Assembly: GCA_934254835.1 (NCBI GenBank)
Contig: CAKQMI010000002.1
Location: forward strand, 10,240-74,239
From: an uncultured Clostridia bacterium
GTDB lineage: Bacteria; Bacillota; Clostridia; Christensenellales; CAG-917
Reading direction: 5' to 3'
DNA: 64,000 bases
Shown piece by piece: positions 63,192 through 64,000 of this stretch. The notes under the pieces were generated by a model. The model made no database searches. It was not told the DNA's origin and saw only the letters and a program-made list of their open reading frames with translations. Positions within the stretch are counted from its first letter, which is position 1, and every line of letters starts with the position of its first letter. The position numbers were made by a program, and so were the translations under genes.

Positions 63192-64000
63192 TTACAGGAA
63201 TTTCCGCTTTGCTTCGCACAGTTTTGTGATGAAAGTTTTGTCAAGAGCCGTCAAATGATAATCCTTTTTATATATAAGGACATCTTTATACATTTTCGTA
63301 TTTTCGGAGCACGGCTTCGATGTAAGCCCGTATTTTTCAAGTTTTTCGGTGGGAACAGGCGACACCCACATAAAAGTTTCGTCGTTTTTGGATAAGACGT
63401 CGAACTGACTTCCCCTCTCGAACACGAAAATACGGCGGGTTATCTCGCCCTGCAACGCCTCTTTTCTGACCTCTGCCAAAGGAAGCGACGGCACAAACGG
63501 ATCGGCGTGCGCGATTTCGATATAGTTTTTGAGGTCGGAATACTTGATTTCGTCCAACTCGTTCAACGCGCTTTCCTTCGAGAAAATCAAGACGTAGTGG
63601 AATTCGGCGATAAGTTCGTGATTCAGTCCTTTTTGCTCCGCCATTTCCTTGAAGTACTTGTCGTACTGCTCGGCGTAGCGCAAAATCCCGAGTTTATAAT
63701 CTTTTTCAAGTATATTGTTTATCGCGCGCAAGGCGTTTGTTTCCTTATAAAAGATTTCAAAATTGTCTTCCTTTTCAAGACACTTTGAAAACTCCGCAAA
63801 GGCGTTTGAAATATAACTTGCGCGGGGCACCGAAATCGAAAAGGACTTTTTCTCGTCCCGCTCGCCCTTGAAGGCGTTTTCGACCTCGTTAATTTGGCGC
63901 AAAATGGTTTTTCCGTATTCGATAAGTCTTTCGCCGTCGGGCGTGAGCGTCATGCCCTTGGAATTTCTGTCAAAAATCGTGATGCCCAAGTCTTTTTCCA
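63192..64000 (-). CDS. LysR-family transcriptional regulator (5' end outside the window)
   Basis: The reading frame stays open to the window edge. LGITIFDRNSKGMTLTPDGERL is the end of the LysR HTH and linker region, followed by a substrate-binding domain. The TTG flagged as the ORF start at 63989 is internal. Confidence 0.85.
   Translation of the reverse strand, partial: EKDLGITIFDRNSKGMTLTPDGERLIEYGKTILRQINEVENAFKGERDEKKSFSISVPRASYISNAFAEFSKCLEKEDNFEIFYKETNALRAINNILEKDYKLGILRYAEQYDKYFKEMAEQKGLNHELIAEFHYVLIFSKESALNELDEIKYSDLKNYIEIAHADPFVPSLPLAEVRKEALQGEITRRIFVFERGSQFDVLSKNDETFMWVSPVPTEKLEKYGLTSKPCSENTKMYKDVLIYKKDYHLTALDKTFITKLCEAKRKFL

Overview
Core chromosomal segment of an endospore-forming Firmicute, Clostridia-like by gene content. 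About 90% of it is coding and most genes are on the minus strand.

Main conserved blocks:
- rarA.
- Sporulation sigma genes: sigK, and spoIIGA-sigE-sigG with ylmC and nrdR.
- A dcw cell-division and cell-wall cluster: mraZ-rsmH-(FtsL-position gene)-PBP-murE-mraY-murD-ftsW-murA-ftsQ, then ftsA-ftsZ.
- tig-clpP-clpX-lon-engB.
- rqcH.
- rluD-lspA-sepF-yggS.
- icd, ddl-murF, tsaE-tsaB-rimI.
- An FMN-riboswitch-controlled ribU.
- rsfS and a nadD/yqeK fusion.
- A 7-gene operon led by adhE, followed by an hfs/HydS-type sensory [FeFe]-hydrogenase module.

No tRNA, rRNA, CRISPR array, transposase or prophage gene was recognised.

Items that stand out:
1. A promoter-to-terminator unit at 4152-4349 (-) encodes a 122-nt RNA. 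It carries the universal RNase P RNA core (P1-P4 pseudoknot, CR-I and CR-V blocks) but lacks the whole specificity domain and P15-P18.
2. A family of dispersed intergenic repeats sits at operon ends. It includes ~125-nt elements enclosed by terminator-like stems that differ in sequence but stay complementary between copies.
3. Long alternating purine-pyrimidine tracts lie upstream of ftsA.
4. A 1013-aa PurL (FGAM synthase) paralogue has lost its glutaminase triad.
5. A MurF has its N-terminal domain replaced by a polytopic membrane domain.

All calls rest on reading the sequence and the supplied ORF translations. No searches or folding programs were run.
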